Part shown: positions 48,701 through 61,439 of the stretch, in pieces
Layout of the letters: every line of letters starts with the position of its first letter
How positions within the stretch are numbered: position 1 is the stretch's first letter
From: Macrostomum hystrix
Taxonomy: Eukaryota > Animalia > Platyhelminthes
Reading direction: 5' to 3'
NCBI GenBank assembly: GCA_950097015.1
Contig: CATNEN010000012.1
Coordinates: 434,001 to 498,000, forward strand
DNA length: 64,000 nucleotides
Notes under the pieces: generated by a model
The model's database searches: none
What the model saw: only the letters and a program-made list of their open reading frames with translations
Told to the model about the DNA's origin: nothing
Made by a program: the position numbers and the translations under genes

Positions 48701-51231
48701 GACTCGGCTCCCATGGTGCTGTCAGCTCCCGAGGACCCGCTGCCCACAGGTGTGTCGGCCGAGCCATTTCACTTTGAGCAGTGTTGCTTACCCACTCAGA
48801 CAAAATGTATTCTTAATCTTGAAAAGAGATGTTCCAGATCCCATTTTCATGTGCACAACCGCAGATACTATTCTAATGAGCGAGCCAATATCCCATTCCT
48901 ATATGAGATATCCCAGATCCCATTCTTAGAGAGATATTCCAGATCCCATTCTTATATGAGATATCCCAGATCCTATTCTGATATGAGATATCCCAGATCC
49001 TATTCTGATATGAGATATCCCAGATCCTATTCTTATATGAGATATCCCAGATCCCATTCTTATATGAGATATCCCAGACCCCATTCTTATATGAGATATC
49101 CCAGATCCCATTCTCATATGTGATATCCCAGATCCCATTCTTAGAGAGATTTTCCAGATCCCATTCTGATATGCGATGTCCCAAAAAGCATTCTTCGCAC
49201 ACACTCTGATCCACAGATGGTCCGCTGAGAAGCCGTCGCAGCGCTTTCGATCCTGCTCAACTGTCCTCATCATCAGCCAGTTTCTCAACCGAGCAGAGAC
49301 AGCAGTTGAGATCCATCAGCCCAGAGTCGATCAGCCAGAAGTACGGCAGCCTGGCGCTGCCATCCTGCGACGACAACCTGCGGCTGGCAAGCCGGCGGGT
49401 TCGCCAGTTCTTCGCCGACACCCGGGCGGGCCTGCGAGCCGCTGGGCAGCCGCCGCAGCTGCCGCTGCTGGTCAACCTGCACAACCTGCGAGCTGGCCAA
49501 ATTGTGAGTCAGGGAGCTCAGCATGATGAGCTGCCGATTAGATCTGGGATCAACGGCTCAGGCCCACGAGATTAACAGCAATTATCCAAAGAAATTACCA
49601 TCAGATACCAAGAATTATATAACCAGATAGATTAGCCAACCAAGACGACCAACAATCACCTATCGCAATATCTGCGCAAACCTGACCGGATTACCAGCAA
49701 TCCCAGTCAATGGTATTAGCATCCCATCAGTCAGTGAGATTAGCATCCCATCAGGCAGTGAGATTAGCATCCCATCAGTCAGTGAGATTAGCATCCCATC
49801 AGGCAGTGAGATTAGCATCCCATCAGTCAGTGAGATTAGCATCCCATCAGGCAGTGAGATTAGCATCCCATCAGTCAGTGAGATTAGCATCCCATCAGGC
49901 AGTGAGATTAGCATCCCATCAGTCAGTGAGATTAGCATCCCATCAGTCAGTGAGATTAGCATCCCATCAGGCAGTGAGATTAGCATCCCATCAGGCAGTG
50001 AGATTAGCATCCCATCAGTCAGTGAGATTAGCATCCCATCAGGCAGTGAGATTAGCATCCCATCAGGCAGTGAGATTAGCATCCCATCAGGCAGTGAGAT
50101 TAGCATCCCATCAGGCAGTGAGATTAGCATCCCATCAGTCAGTGAGATTAGCATCCCATCAGGCAGTGAGATTAGCATCCCATCAGGCAGTGAGATTAGC
50201 ATCCCATCAGTCAGTGAGATTAGCATCCCATCAGGCAGTGAGATTAGCATCCCATCAGTCAGTGAGATTAGCATCCCATCAGGCAGTGAGATTAGCATCC
50301 CATCAGCCAGTGAGATTAGCATCCCATCAGTCAGTGAGATTAGCATCCCATCAGGCAGTGAGATTAGCATCCCATCAGTCAGTGAGATTAGCATCCCATC
50401 AGGCAGTGAGATTAGCATCCCATCAGGCAGTGAGATTAGCATCCCATCAGCCAGTGAGATTAGCATCCCATCAGTCAGTGAGATTAGCATCCCATCAGGC
50501 AGTGAGATTAGCATCCCATCAGGCAGTGAGATTAGCATCCCATCAGCCAGTGAGATTAGCATCCCATCAGGCAGTGAGATTAGCATCCCATCAGGCAGTG
50601 AGATTAGCATCCCATCAGGCAGCGAGACTATACCAACCGTCTGAATCCGCAGGCGGCCCGCCGCAGTCAGGTGAAAATTTGCCACTGCCTGGGCGTGTCC
50701 GGCTCGTGCGCCAAACGGGTGTGCATCAAGGGCATGCGGCGTCTGTCCGGAAAGCTGGAGGCCAACATTCGCCAGCTGTTCCTGGATAGTCGCCTGGTTC
50801 AGCTGGCAGCCCCAAAGCATCGTCGGCGTCAGAGAGAGCGGCAGCGACGTCGCCAGGGGCAGAGAAGGCCCAGCGGAGCCGGGTCAAACAATCTGATTCT
50901 CGCCGACGATGGCAGCGACGGCAACAGCGGACGGAAGCGACGTCGTCGGGCGCCAAAAAAGAACATGGTGCACTGGAGACGCGCGCCGGACTTTTGCGAC
51001 GCCGACACGGACGAAGGTCGTTACGGAGTGCAGAACCGGGTCTGTAACGCCACCAGCGCGGCTGCTGACCAGGCCGACTCGTGCGCCAGGCTGTGCTGCG
51101 GCCGCTACAACTTCGCTGCCCAATACGTCACGAGGCGGGAATGGTGCCGCTGCCAGCTTTTGTCCAATCCAATCAGGGTTGACTGTCAGCTGTGCGAGAA
51201 TCGGCTGCTCACGCATCGGTGTCGCGTATAA
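42777..51231 (+). CDS. Divergent Wnt ligand; exons 42777-42877 (signal peptide, linkage uncertain), 44881-45168, 48591-48749, 49217-49503, 50653-51231
   Basis: CQALFHNERWNCS; AGFVWAMAAA...ACRRGE...CPC; SCDDN; LVNLHNLRAG; CHCLGVSGSC; APDFC; RVCN.TS; C.RLCCGR. Phases of the last four exons are consistent (1,1,0); subfamily not assignable by eye. Confidence 0.9.
43000..44003. repeat. 26-bp minisatellite GAATGACAAGCAGCTCAGAGTCATGA in Wnt intron 1
   Basis: About 38 near-identical copies. Confidence 0.97.
44538..44840. mobile_element. Possible Helentron-associated (HINE/DINE-1-like) element
   Basis: Inverted 10-mers ATGCTATCCT (44538) / AGGATAGCAT (44791) enclosing a GGTT/CGTT microsatellite; 3' hairpin not clearly preserved. 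Confidence 0.35.
45190..46452. repeat. 21-bp minisatellite GAGGGAAGCTGGGGA(CACACT/TTCAAT) in Wnt intron 2
   Basis: Two variants arranged in blocks. Confidence 0.96.
46910..48535. repeat. ~25-bp minisatellite GGGTGAGGAGTGACAGAGTAGAATA in Wnt intron 2
   Basis: About 65 copies. Confidence 0.96.
48835..49170. repeat. 27-bp repeat ATATCCCAGATCCCATTCTTATATGAG in Wnt intron 3
   Basis: About 10 degenerate copies. Confidence 0.9.
49718..50625. repeat. 24-bp minisatellite ATTAGCATCCCATCAG(T/G)CAGTGAG in Wnt intron 4
   Basis: About 38 copies. Confidence 0.97.
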
Positions 51232-51494
51232 GCCGAGGCTCCTGTGAAACTCTGAGACTGTTTGAGCTCTCTTAAACTGCAATGCTTCATCTCTTTAAAA
51301 AGGAAAACTCGAAAAAACGGGGACCAAAGTCGGAGTCCGATAATCGCTTTGAGAAGCTGGCAGTTCCTCATGAACTTTGTAAAAATTGTCGCATCACACG
51401 GCCGAGTAATACGCCAGTGCTTGTACATTTCAGTGCTGATTCTTGAAGAGTACTTGATGATAGTGATGATTTATTCGAGTACTTTTGTGCTCGA

Positions 51495-51778
51495 TCACTT
51501 GAGTGCTTGAGTACTTTAGTGCTTGAGTACTTTAGTGCTTGAGTACTTGAGTGCTTGAGTACTAGAGTACTAAGCGCTTCAGTACTAAGCGCTTGAGTAC
51601 CAAGCGCTTGAGTGCTTGAGTGATTGAGTGCTTTTTAGTGTTAGAGTGATAGAGTACTTTAGTGCTTGAGTACTTTTGTGCTTGAGTACTTGAGTGCTTC
51701 AGTACTTGAGTGCTTGAGTACTTGAGTGCTTGAGTACTTTAGTGCTTGAGTACTTTAGTGCTTGAGTACTTTAGTGAC
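51495..51778. repeat. ~15-bp repeat GTGCTTGAGTACTTTA
   Basis: Degenerate tandem copies downstream of Wnt. Confidence 0.85.
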
Positions 51779-52444
51779 TTAATTAATTGATTATATGCAT
51801 ATTGTCGCAGAGATAAAGAAATATTATGCCATTACTCATGCCATTATTATTCGTGCCATTTTTAAACGAACAAGACTTGTGCGAAGCGTTACTTTTAAGC
51901 TTTCAAACTGATTAGTTACCTAAGATATATAGTATCGATTTCTAGCCGAAGAAGTTTTAAATTGTACAAGATGGTACATACTTTTATTTTGCGATTTTAC
52001 TGCACTATTTCTTTTTTGTCACAAAAATGGAATAATTTAATTACTATGTATCATGGCTGACTAAACATAGTACCGCTTGTAAGCCATGATAGAAAGGCGT
52101 CCTATCAATGATCAGTCACGGGTCACCAACAAATTGTTGGAATTTAACACAGCTACGAATACAAGCATGAATGACCTCTATCTAGTCAGCCAGGACGGCT
52201 GAGATACTACTTAACATCCCACTACTTAACATACTTAACGGACCAGTTTTACTACTTAACAACGGTTTTCAATACAGATTTCAAAATATTTCCTTTGCTA
52301 TTAGTTCGTAACAAACCTGGTTCAGGATCCGTGCCTAGCTTAAAGTAATGAATTTCGGGCGCAAAAACTGACAAAATTTGTTGTTTCTGAAATTTCAGAA
52401 ATCTCTTTGATTGTCACATGACAGAAGGTAAGGACGGCTAATGC

Positions 52445-52840
52445 AAGCACGTGACTGAACTAAACGATGCGTGTGGTACATAAAATCACGTGACAGAATC
52501 AAATGAGGCGGGCTGTAAATACAGTCACGTGACTGAATAAAACCATGCAGGCAGTAAATAAAGTTGCGCGACTGAATTAAAAGATGCAGGCAGTAAAAAT
52601 AGTCACGTGACTGAATTAAACGATCGGGGTAGAAAATATAGTCACGTAACTGAATTAAATGAGGTGGGCAGTAAATATAGTCACGTGACTGAATTAAATG
52701 AGGTGGGCAGTAAATATAGTCACGTGACTGAATTAAATGAGGTGGGCAGTAAATATAGTCACGTGACTGAATTAAATGAGGTGGGCAGTAAATATAGTCA
52801 CGTGACTGAATTAAATGAGGTGGGCAGTAAATATAGTCAG
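52445..52840. repeat. 39-bp tandem repeat containing GTCACGTGAC
   Basis: About 10 copies, the last five nearly identical. Confidence 0.92.
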
Positions 52841-52876
52841 CGCCTATATAGTAAATGAAGTGAATATTGTGCTAGA

Positions 52877-53117
52877 CCGATTTCAGTTTGTGTTAGGCGG
52901 ATTTCAGTTTGTGTTAGGCGGATTTCAGTTTGTGTTAGGCGGATTTCAGTTTGTGTTAGGCGGATTTCAGTTTGTGTTAGGCGGATTTCAGTCTGTGTTA
53001 GGCGGATTTCAGTTTGTGTTAGGCGGATTTCAGTTTGTGTTAGGCGGATTTCAGTTTGTGTTAGGCGGATTTCAGTTTGTGTTAGGCGGATTTCAGTTTG
53101 TGTTAGGCGGATTTCAG
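52877..53117. repeat. 21-bp repeat GATTTCAGTTTGTGTTAGGCG
   Basis: About 11 copies. Confidence 0.95.
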
Positions 53118-53884
53118 CGTTTGTTAGTCAGGCTGACCCTCTGTTCGGTTGCCGGCAGAACTTTGAAGTACCTTGAAGCAGGAAATGTTTCAATAAACAG
53201 GTTAAATAAACTCCCGACACAGCTAACGCGTGAAGGAAGCAGATCCAGCGTGGCGATCGGTCTGACCGCAAGCTGCAGACTAAATATTCTAGCAATTCCT
53301 GCATCCGGTTCCATGCACCAAACCTTATCTACTGCTGGCTGCACCTGCCAGGTGAATTGGCAATATTAATGACCCGGCCATCAATTCATGTCAACACGCA
53401 GGCTGGCCTCGTAGATTAGTTTAAAACCAGCAGCCTGATTGATGAAGCCCTCTGGAAGACTTTGTGAGGCGGAGATGTTCAGCAACGGCCTGGGCTGCGG
53501 GTTCGCTGTCTTTTAGTGATTTCCGATTAATCCGGAAATATTTCACCGAATATCCCGCGAAAGGAATGCTGCTATCATTAATCACTGGAAGAAGGAGATT
53601 AATAACTACTTTTCTATTCCTTCGAGTAGGCACTGTAGATAAGGATTTTTTCAGCTGATCAACGATCACCACAATCAATTAAATGTGGTGATCAGACCTT
53701 TTTATTTTACAAGTAAAGACAGAAAGCTCATACATGCGCTACCACTATGTTCACAACTACTAACACATAGAAGTACTTTAGTCTAATAATCAGTAAACCG
53801 CTCATTCAAAGCAGTTTAAATTTTACTGCAGAGTATTGTACGCCAAAATTCGCCCAACGAGGTCTTCAAGCAATGAATATGAAT

Positions 53885-55328
53885 TGGATTCGCATCCCAT
53901 CAGGGAATGCAAAATGGGATTCGCATCCCATCAGGGAATGCAAAATGGGATTCGAATCCCATCAGGGAATGCAAAATAGGATTCGAATCCCATCAGGGAA
54001 TGCAAAACACATGGATCACGCATGGATTCTGTAGAATGGGATTCGGATCATACATGGACTCTGTAGAAAGGGATTCGGATCATACATGGATTCTGTAGAA
54101 TGGGATTCGGATCACACAAGGATTCTGCTGAATGGGATTCGGATCATACATGGTTTCTGTAGAATCGGATTCGGATCATACTTGGATTCTGTAGAATGGG
54201 ATTCGGATCACACATGGATTCAGTAGAATGGGATTCGGATCATACATTGATTCTGTAAAATCAGATTCGGATCATACATGGATTCTGTAGAATGGGATAC
54301 GGATCACACATGGATTCTGTAGAATGGGATTCGGATCATACATGGATTCGGCAGAATGGGATTCGAATCACACATGGATTCTGTAGAATGGGATTCGGAC
54401 CACACATGGATTCTGTAGAATGGGATTCGGATCACACGTGGATCCTGTAGAATGGGATTCGGATCATACGTGGATCCTGTAGAATGGTATTCGGATCATA
54501 CGTGGATCCTGTAGAATGGTATTCGGATCATACATGGATCCAGTAGAATGGGATTCGGATCATAGATGGATTCTGTAGAATGGGATTCGGATCATAGATG
54601 GATTCTGTAGAATGGGATTCGGATCATACATGGATTCTGTAGAATGGGATTCGGATCATACGTGGATCCTGTAGAATGGTATTCGGATCATACGTGGATC
54701 CTGTAGAATGGTATTCGGATCATACATGGATCCAGTAGAATGGGATTCGGATCATAGATGGATTCTGTAGAATGGGATTCGGATCATAGATGGATTCTGT
54801 AGAATGGGATTCGGATCATACATGGATTCTGTAGAATGGGATTCGGATCATACGTGGATCCTGTAGAATGGTATTCGGATCATACGTGGATCCTGTAGAA
54901 TGGTATTCGGATCATACATGGATCCAGTAGAATGGGATTCGGATCATAGATGGATTCTGTAGAATGGGATTCGGATCATAGATGGATTCTGTAGAATGGG
55001 ATTCGGATCATACATGGATTCTGTAGAATGGGATTCGGATCATACGTGGATCCTGTAGAATGGTATTCGGATCATACGTGGATCCTGTAGAATGGTATTC
55101 GGATCATACATGGATCCAGTAGAATGGGATTCGGATCATAGATGGATTCTGTAGAATGGGATTCGGATCATAGATGGATTCTGTAGAATGGGATTCGGAT
55201 CATACATGGATTCTGTAGAATGGGATTCGGATCATACGTGGATCCTGTAGAATGGTATTCGGATCATACGTGGATCCTGTAGAATGGTATTCGGATCATA
55301 CATGGATCCTGTAGAATGGTATTCGGAT
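53885..55328. repeat. 32-bp satellite CATGGATTCTGTAGAATGGGATTCGGATCATA with 192-bp higher-order repeat
   Basis: Six-monomer block recurs at 54481, 54673, 54865, 55057, 55249. Confidence 0.95.
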
Positions 55329-56083
55329 GGCACAATCCATAAGAAGGAGACTACAAAGCTTTTAAGCTGAATATTACGTCAAAGCTCGACAGTAGTAAAG
55401 TTTTTTATTTGCGAATATCTTGCTGGTTAAATTTATAACGAAGCCTGCAATTATATATAGAAAGGTTAATTGTTACATTGTAACTGCTGTTCTTGAGGGT
55501 AAATTAGAGCTGCGCGTTACACTATTAAAAATAATTTACCAATTAGTCAATTTGGACGCTAAGACAATAAAGTATCAGTTGAGTAATTTAAAAACAAAAA
55601 TTTCCTGACAAGCAACACACTGACTTCATTTGTGTGATTAGAAAACAACAGACGGTATTTTAGCTCGGTATAATATATAATGGACAAAAACAATACCAAT
55701 TCTACTAGAAGCTAGATGACTGAAGGAAAAAAGACTAGTAACTAAAGAAGAAAAGTGCTTGGCAGGTCGCAGTACGCAATTTAAATATGATTTGTTGATG
55801 CTTGTATGATCTGCGTTGGTTTAACAAATAACTGGCTACTCACTCAGCATAAGAGGGGAACTACTTTGAACAATAAAGGTGCGATATTTTATCATAGAGT
55901 ATGCTGATTTATATTTTAAACAATTGATAATGAATATTTTCGTCGAAGGTCAAGCCGCACAGATGCAATGAAAAAATACAAGCTAGGACCTTTGCTACAC
56001 CAGCTTGCCACACTACTCACTACTGAGGGCATCTGTTAAGCGCACGACTGTCTGAAAATGACAGCGTGTTTCAATACTCAGCC

Positions 56084-59000
56084 TCAGTCGGTCTCGTTCA
56101 GGCAGGTGGTGCGCACCAGCATCTCGGTGACAGAGTAGGGGTCGCAGTTCGAGGACGGGCGGCGGTCCTCGATGTAGCCGCAGCCGTCGTCGCTGCACTG
56201 GCGCGGAATGCGGATGGAGGAGCCGCGGTGGGCCACGCCTAGTGGAGTGCGGAGGTTAGTAGAATTATTATCGGCCATGCAATACTTGGACCGACTGTGA
56301 TTGGCTGAGCTCAGTCACGTGCTTCAGTTTCAAGTCAAGTGCTTGAAAGAGATTTTTTAATGGCTTTCAGCTAATAAAAATTGATTTACAACCAAGTTTT
56401 TTTTTCAATTAGTGCAGCACTGCAGTGAAGAGAAGTGAAATTAATTAGTTGAATTGGTTCCTCTAGTTGTACACAACGAACGCTCGATATCCACCGACCC
56501 AAGGACTACTAAAGTAGAACGACAAAAAATTGAATCGCGGTAAATTTGTTGAAGGCCGATTTTGAGCAGAAATTCGAGAGGAATTTTCTACGCATTGAGT
56601 CTTGCGTTCTTTTACTTAAGTAGCATATACTTTTTAAAGCAATGCGAAGCCGAACTCACCATAGCTGAACTGGTCGATGCTAGAGGTCTCGTGCCTGCCA
56701 GTAAGGCGCCTGCGGTTGTCGGCGCCGCCCTTGGGATCGTAGGCCTTGATGTGGGTGGCGTGCCGCTTGCCCAGCTTCTCGATGGCCTCGATCATGGCCT
56801 TCATGCCGCCTGGCTCGCGCATCTCCTTGGTGCTGTAGTTGGTATGGGCGCCAGCGCCGTTCCAGTCGCCTGGCATCGGCTTGGGATCGAAGGAGACCAC
56901 GACACCGAAGTCCTCGGCCACGCGGTGCAGCAGGAAGCGAGCGACCCACAGGTGGTCGCCCATGCTGATGCCCTCGCAGGGGCCAATCTGAGCGGTGGCA
57001 GGGTGATGGTTAACAGTAGAAAGAGCACGCTATTTCACCACTGGGGAGTATTTAAAATGCCCATGTGGTCAACATTTTCCGATCTTTACGATGAACTAAC
57101 TAACTTTCAAAGCCGTCCGAGTTAGTATCGTCGAGATAATCAGCGATTCTTGTCGAAGACCCTGGTGACAAGAACAACAAACATTTCTCTGTATAAACCT
57201 CTATGGCAATTCCATTTTGGCTCAATAATATATCTACAAGAATAGCCGACAGGCATGCTTACATGATAAAACTTTGTGAGCAGAAATATTATGCCTATAT
57301 TGGTGGTCTTTGCCACCAGACACCCCGACAAGAATCGTTGACTATCTCGACGATGCCGATTTTTGCGATTCTGGATGTTGTTTCATCGGATAGAGCCTAG
57401 ATTTTCATGGCGATCGGTTGAAGATTTTGGGACATGCAGAAAAAATATGTGGGCAATTGAAATTATCCCGTGGTCCTCTGTACTGTTAATCAAGTTCAGA
57501 TTGAAAAGGCTAACGGACACACGGAAGCAGACAATTTAAATTCTTTGATATTGTATATTTCTTTAACACTCACCTGGAACTCCCATTGAGCGGGCATGAC
57601 CTCCGCGTTCTCGCCGGCGATCTTGATGTCAGAGTACAGGCAGGCGCGGTAGTGTGCCTCGACAACGTCGCGACCGTAGACCTTGTTGGCGCCAACGCCA
57701 GTGTAATACGGACCCTGGGGTCCCGGAAAGCCGTTCTTTGGCCAACCGAACGGATGCATGTCAGTGTCCAGCAGCGTGTACTCCTGCTCAATGCCGAACC
57801 AGGGAATGAAATCCTTGGCCTGCTCCATCACTTGGTTGCAGGAGTGTCGCTTGTTGCTCGGATGGACGGTGTTGTCGTGGCGGTAGGTCTCGCACAGCAC
57901 CAGCTTGTTGTTGTTACCACGGAAGGGATCTTTGAACAGCGCGACTGGGTGGATCATGACATCCGAGTTGTGACCCTCCGCCTGCCACGTGCTGGAACCG
58001 TCGAAGTTCCAGATGGGCAGGTCTGTAAAAGTTGTTGCGGAGATTAAATAGCATTTCACTAGGCCGTCAATTCTGCACTCCGTCATTTCGAGCCACTGTC
58101 TGCTGCTAAGTAACAGTGAATCAATGTCAAGTCTGGCCATCAGCATCACTAGATATGTCATTTAACAACGTTCCCTCAAGTCAGGTCATCGGTATTACTG
58201 GATCTGGTCATTTAGCGACGTTCCCTCAAGTCTGATCATCGGTATTACTGGATCTGGTGATTTAGCGACGTTCCCTCAAGTCTGATCATCGGTATTACTG
58301 GATCTGGTGATTTAGCGACGTTCCCTCAAGTCTGATCATCGGTATTACTGGATCTGGTCATTTAGCGACGTTCCCTCAAGTCAGGTCATCGGTATTACTG
58401 GATCTGGTCATTTAGCGACGTTCCCTCAAGTATGGTCATCGGTATTACTGGATCTGGTCATTTAGCGACCTTCCCTCAAGTCAGGTCATCGGTATTACTG
58501 GATCTGGTCATTTAGCGACGTTCCCTCAAGTATGGTCATCGGTTACACTGGGTCTGGTTCTTTACCAGCACAAAAGTTGTACCGTTACAGCAGGGGTCGG
58601 CAAACTCCGGCCCGCGGGCCAGATGCGCCCTCGAAGCCCCTAAATCTGGCCCGTTGCCCCTTCCACCACCTATAGTATCCTATCTCATCTCTCCAGTGTC
58701 TTATCTGTCCTGTGTCTAATTATCTCTCCCCTGTCTCATCTCTGCCGTGTCTCCCGTCTCTCTCCAGTCTTATCTATTCTCATCCCTGGCTCATCCCTCC
58801 CCTGTCTCGTCTATCCGGTGTCTCATCTCTCCCATTTCTCATCTATCCTGTGTCCAATCTCTCCCATTTCTCATCTCTCCCATTTCTCATCTCTCCCATT
58901 TCTCATCTCTCCCATTTCTCATCTCATCTATCCTGTGTCTCATCTCTCCCCTTTCTCAAATTCCTACAGTTAATACGGCCCGCTGTCGTCCTATAGGTTC

Positions 59001-60073
59001 TCCCCGTGGCCCGCTCGCTAAAAAGTTTGCCGACCCCTGCGTTACAGCCACATTCTCAAAGAATTTCGCGATTGTTTTACTAGCAGTAGGTGGTAAAAGA
59101 TATTGAAACAATAAAAAGATCGGATTGTAAATTGCAAAGAATAATTTGAAGAAAGTGCACGGAGCTAAAGTTTGCCCAGCTTGGGTGGAAGGGGAAGGCC
59201 GCAAAACAAAAACTGACACGGCCTGGCGGAATGGCAGTTGAGGACAAGGTAAAGCCAGCAGCTTAAAGTGCGAATGACAGTGCGTGCGCGCTGATCACTG
59301 CAAGGGAAACCAGTTAAAACCAGTTCGATTGGAAGTCCCAGCCAGTGCAGAGAGAGATATGTGATAGTCTGCACACCCTGAACCATTTCGTTTCGTTTAA
59401 TCGGAAAGGAACAGCTGGCCTGGACAAGGTTGCAGACTTATTGGCGCCAGAACTCGAAAAATAGCAAAATAGCATTTCTTGCTTTCCAGCTTTAGCCAGT
59501 GGGGTGGCTGTCTGTCTGCCCAACCCCAAAAACCTCCTGCTAGAGGGCCGCGCGCCTACAAACTCTCTGTGTATTGCTACTTGTGTTGGAAAAACAGCAG
59601 ACAGGTTAAAACTGGATTTCCCATTCAGGACCAATTCCGCGATGCATGCACACTGACACTGAACATAGCTTAAACTAATGCGATTAGCAGTAGCTCCGGT
59701 GTCAAGGTCAAGGTGGATTTTTACTATGGAGAGCCTTATTTTTCTTATGCTGTTTACACTTTTTTCCTCAGAAATTTAGTAAAACAAACACAGAAGCGTA
59801 AGCTTGCGGCAATTACCAGAGGCCTTCTTCGGTACAAAATCTGAGGTCCTAGTCTTGGCTCGCAGGTTTTCGCCTGTACCATCAATCCAGATGTACATGC
59901 ACTGCACCTTGTCTTCTGGCTGAGGCAGTGCTAGGTACCTCTGCAATATAACGATTATTATAATGAAACTAATTTATAAGCTAGTTACTAGAAGATTTTA
60001 GCAGACTTCATTTAAACAATAATACACTCACCATAAGGCTAGTCTTGTTCGTTGTCTGCGTAATGCCAAGCAT
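56084..60073 (-). CDS. GLUL: Glutamine synthetase (type II); exons 60073-60032, 59940-59817, 58022-57574, 56987-56660, 56238-56084; 365 aa
   Basis: [48 protein letters not shown]|[41 protein letters not shown]; all introns GT-AG with consistent phases (0,1,0,1). Confidence 0.97.
58160..58550. repeat. 50-bp tandem repeat in GLUL intron 2
   Basis: TTTAGCGACGTTCCCTCAAGTCTGATCATCGGTATTACTGGATCTGGTCA, about 8 copies. Confidence 0.95.
58591..59039. mobile_element. hAT-family MITE (449 bp) in GLUL intron 2
   Basis: Perfect 15-bp TIRs CAGGGGTCGGCAAAC / GTTTGCCGACCCCTG; perfect 8-bp TSD CGTTACAG (58583-58590, 59040-59047); CT-rich interior. Confidence 0.92.
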
Positions 60074-60654
60074 TTTGTTTTAATAAAATTAATAATTAAT
60101 AATATAACAAAAGGTTATTGGTGCTGACACTGCGATATAAGAACTGGTAGAGAGACAGGCAGTGAGTCTTCCTCAGCCGGTGACAAAAATGCTGCGCTTT
60201 ATACTGACTGGCCCGTGCCAGAATGAATTGGGACTGAAAGCTCTCCGGTTTCATTGGTTCAAGCTGTACGAGCAGGGAATGCGTGACTGGAGAACCGGAT
60301 TGGGGCGGCTCCAGGCCTGGCTTTGTGGAACACGGGCAGGGGCTGGGGTGGGTGCGGCGGCAGATTGCTTATCAGCTGATTTGAAAGTTAAAGGACCATA
60401 GCCTTCACATTTTTTAAGATGTTCACTTAATTGATCGCTCTGCACAAGATTATGAGCTCGGTTGACGTCAGGACATTTGTTCGATTCTATTGATTTATTA
60501 CGACTGTGCAATATGTCTAACTGTAGATAGCACGATAAAAAAGGAAAGAACACAACACACAAGTTGTGCATTTGACCATAGCTAGGTGCACACTCACTGT
60601 GCCTCGCCGGGTTGTTGGAACTGCGCAACATGCCCGCACCTCGCTCGCACGGAG

Positions 60655-60890
60655 CCCACCTGTTAGACACGGCTCCAACCTGTTAGACACGGCTCCAACC
60701 TGTTACAAATGTCTATAACCTGTTAGACATGGCTCCAACCTGTTACAAACGGCTCCAACCTGTTAGACACGACTCCAACCTTTTAGACACGGCTCCAACC
60801 TGTTAGTCATGTCTCCAACCTGTTAGACACGGCTCCAACCTGTTACAAATGGCTCCAACCTGTTAGACATGGCTCCAACCTGTTAGACAC
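60655..60890. repeat. 20-bp repeat TGTTAGACACGGCTCCAACC
   Basis: About 11 copies upstream of GLUL. Confidence 0.93.
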
Positions 60891-61439
60891 GATAAATGAA
60901 CTATTTATTAAGCATGACCCCGACCAGCAAGCAAAAAAAGCAAACAATCAAGCAGATTTGCCAGCAAAGGACGGGGCCCTGGATCCAATGTATCAGAACC
61001 AGCTGTAGTTGTCAAGGGCACAACCCCAGATAATGTTGCTAATCGGTTTGCTAAAACTATTGCAATGCAGATAAACCCAAGCGCTTCTCCAGCTCATTGC
61101 TTCTGGTTTCCCATGTTTCTCTTTACTCCGATAAGCTTTCAGGCCTTTTAAAAATAGTCAAGTCATTGCGTTGGGTTCAGCTGGTCTGAGGACCGATGCG
61201 AATTCGCTGTTTAGCCGCCGAGTTAAACAAAATTCACCGCAGAATGAAACTTTAGGAGTGGCACATGCGCGCAGCTCCGAAATCTGCATTGATAACAGAG
61301 CCCTTGAATTATTGAGCACATGAGTGCTTCACTGCACTCATTATCTATTTAATTAGAAAGTCAAATGCTCATAACTCGAGTTGAAATGTAACTCCCGTTA
61401 ATGCATTTCTGCATGTAACTATAGAATATTAATAAAGTA

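Noticed and set aside
49660-50820. 359-386-aa ORFs on both strands
   Set aside because: Translations of the 24-bp array in Wnt intron 4.
53114-53678. Two short minus-strand ORFs with moderate GC
   Set aside because: No recognisable motif and no convincing splice sites linking them.
56562-58047. Plus-strand ORFs of 153 and 187 aa
   Set aside because: Antisense shadows of GC3-rich GLUL exons; the same applies to ORFs opposite NACA, RPL31 and DMRT.
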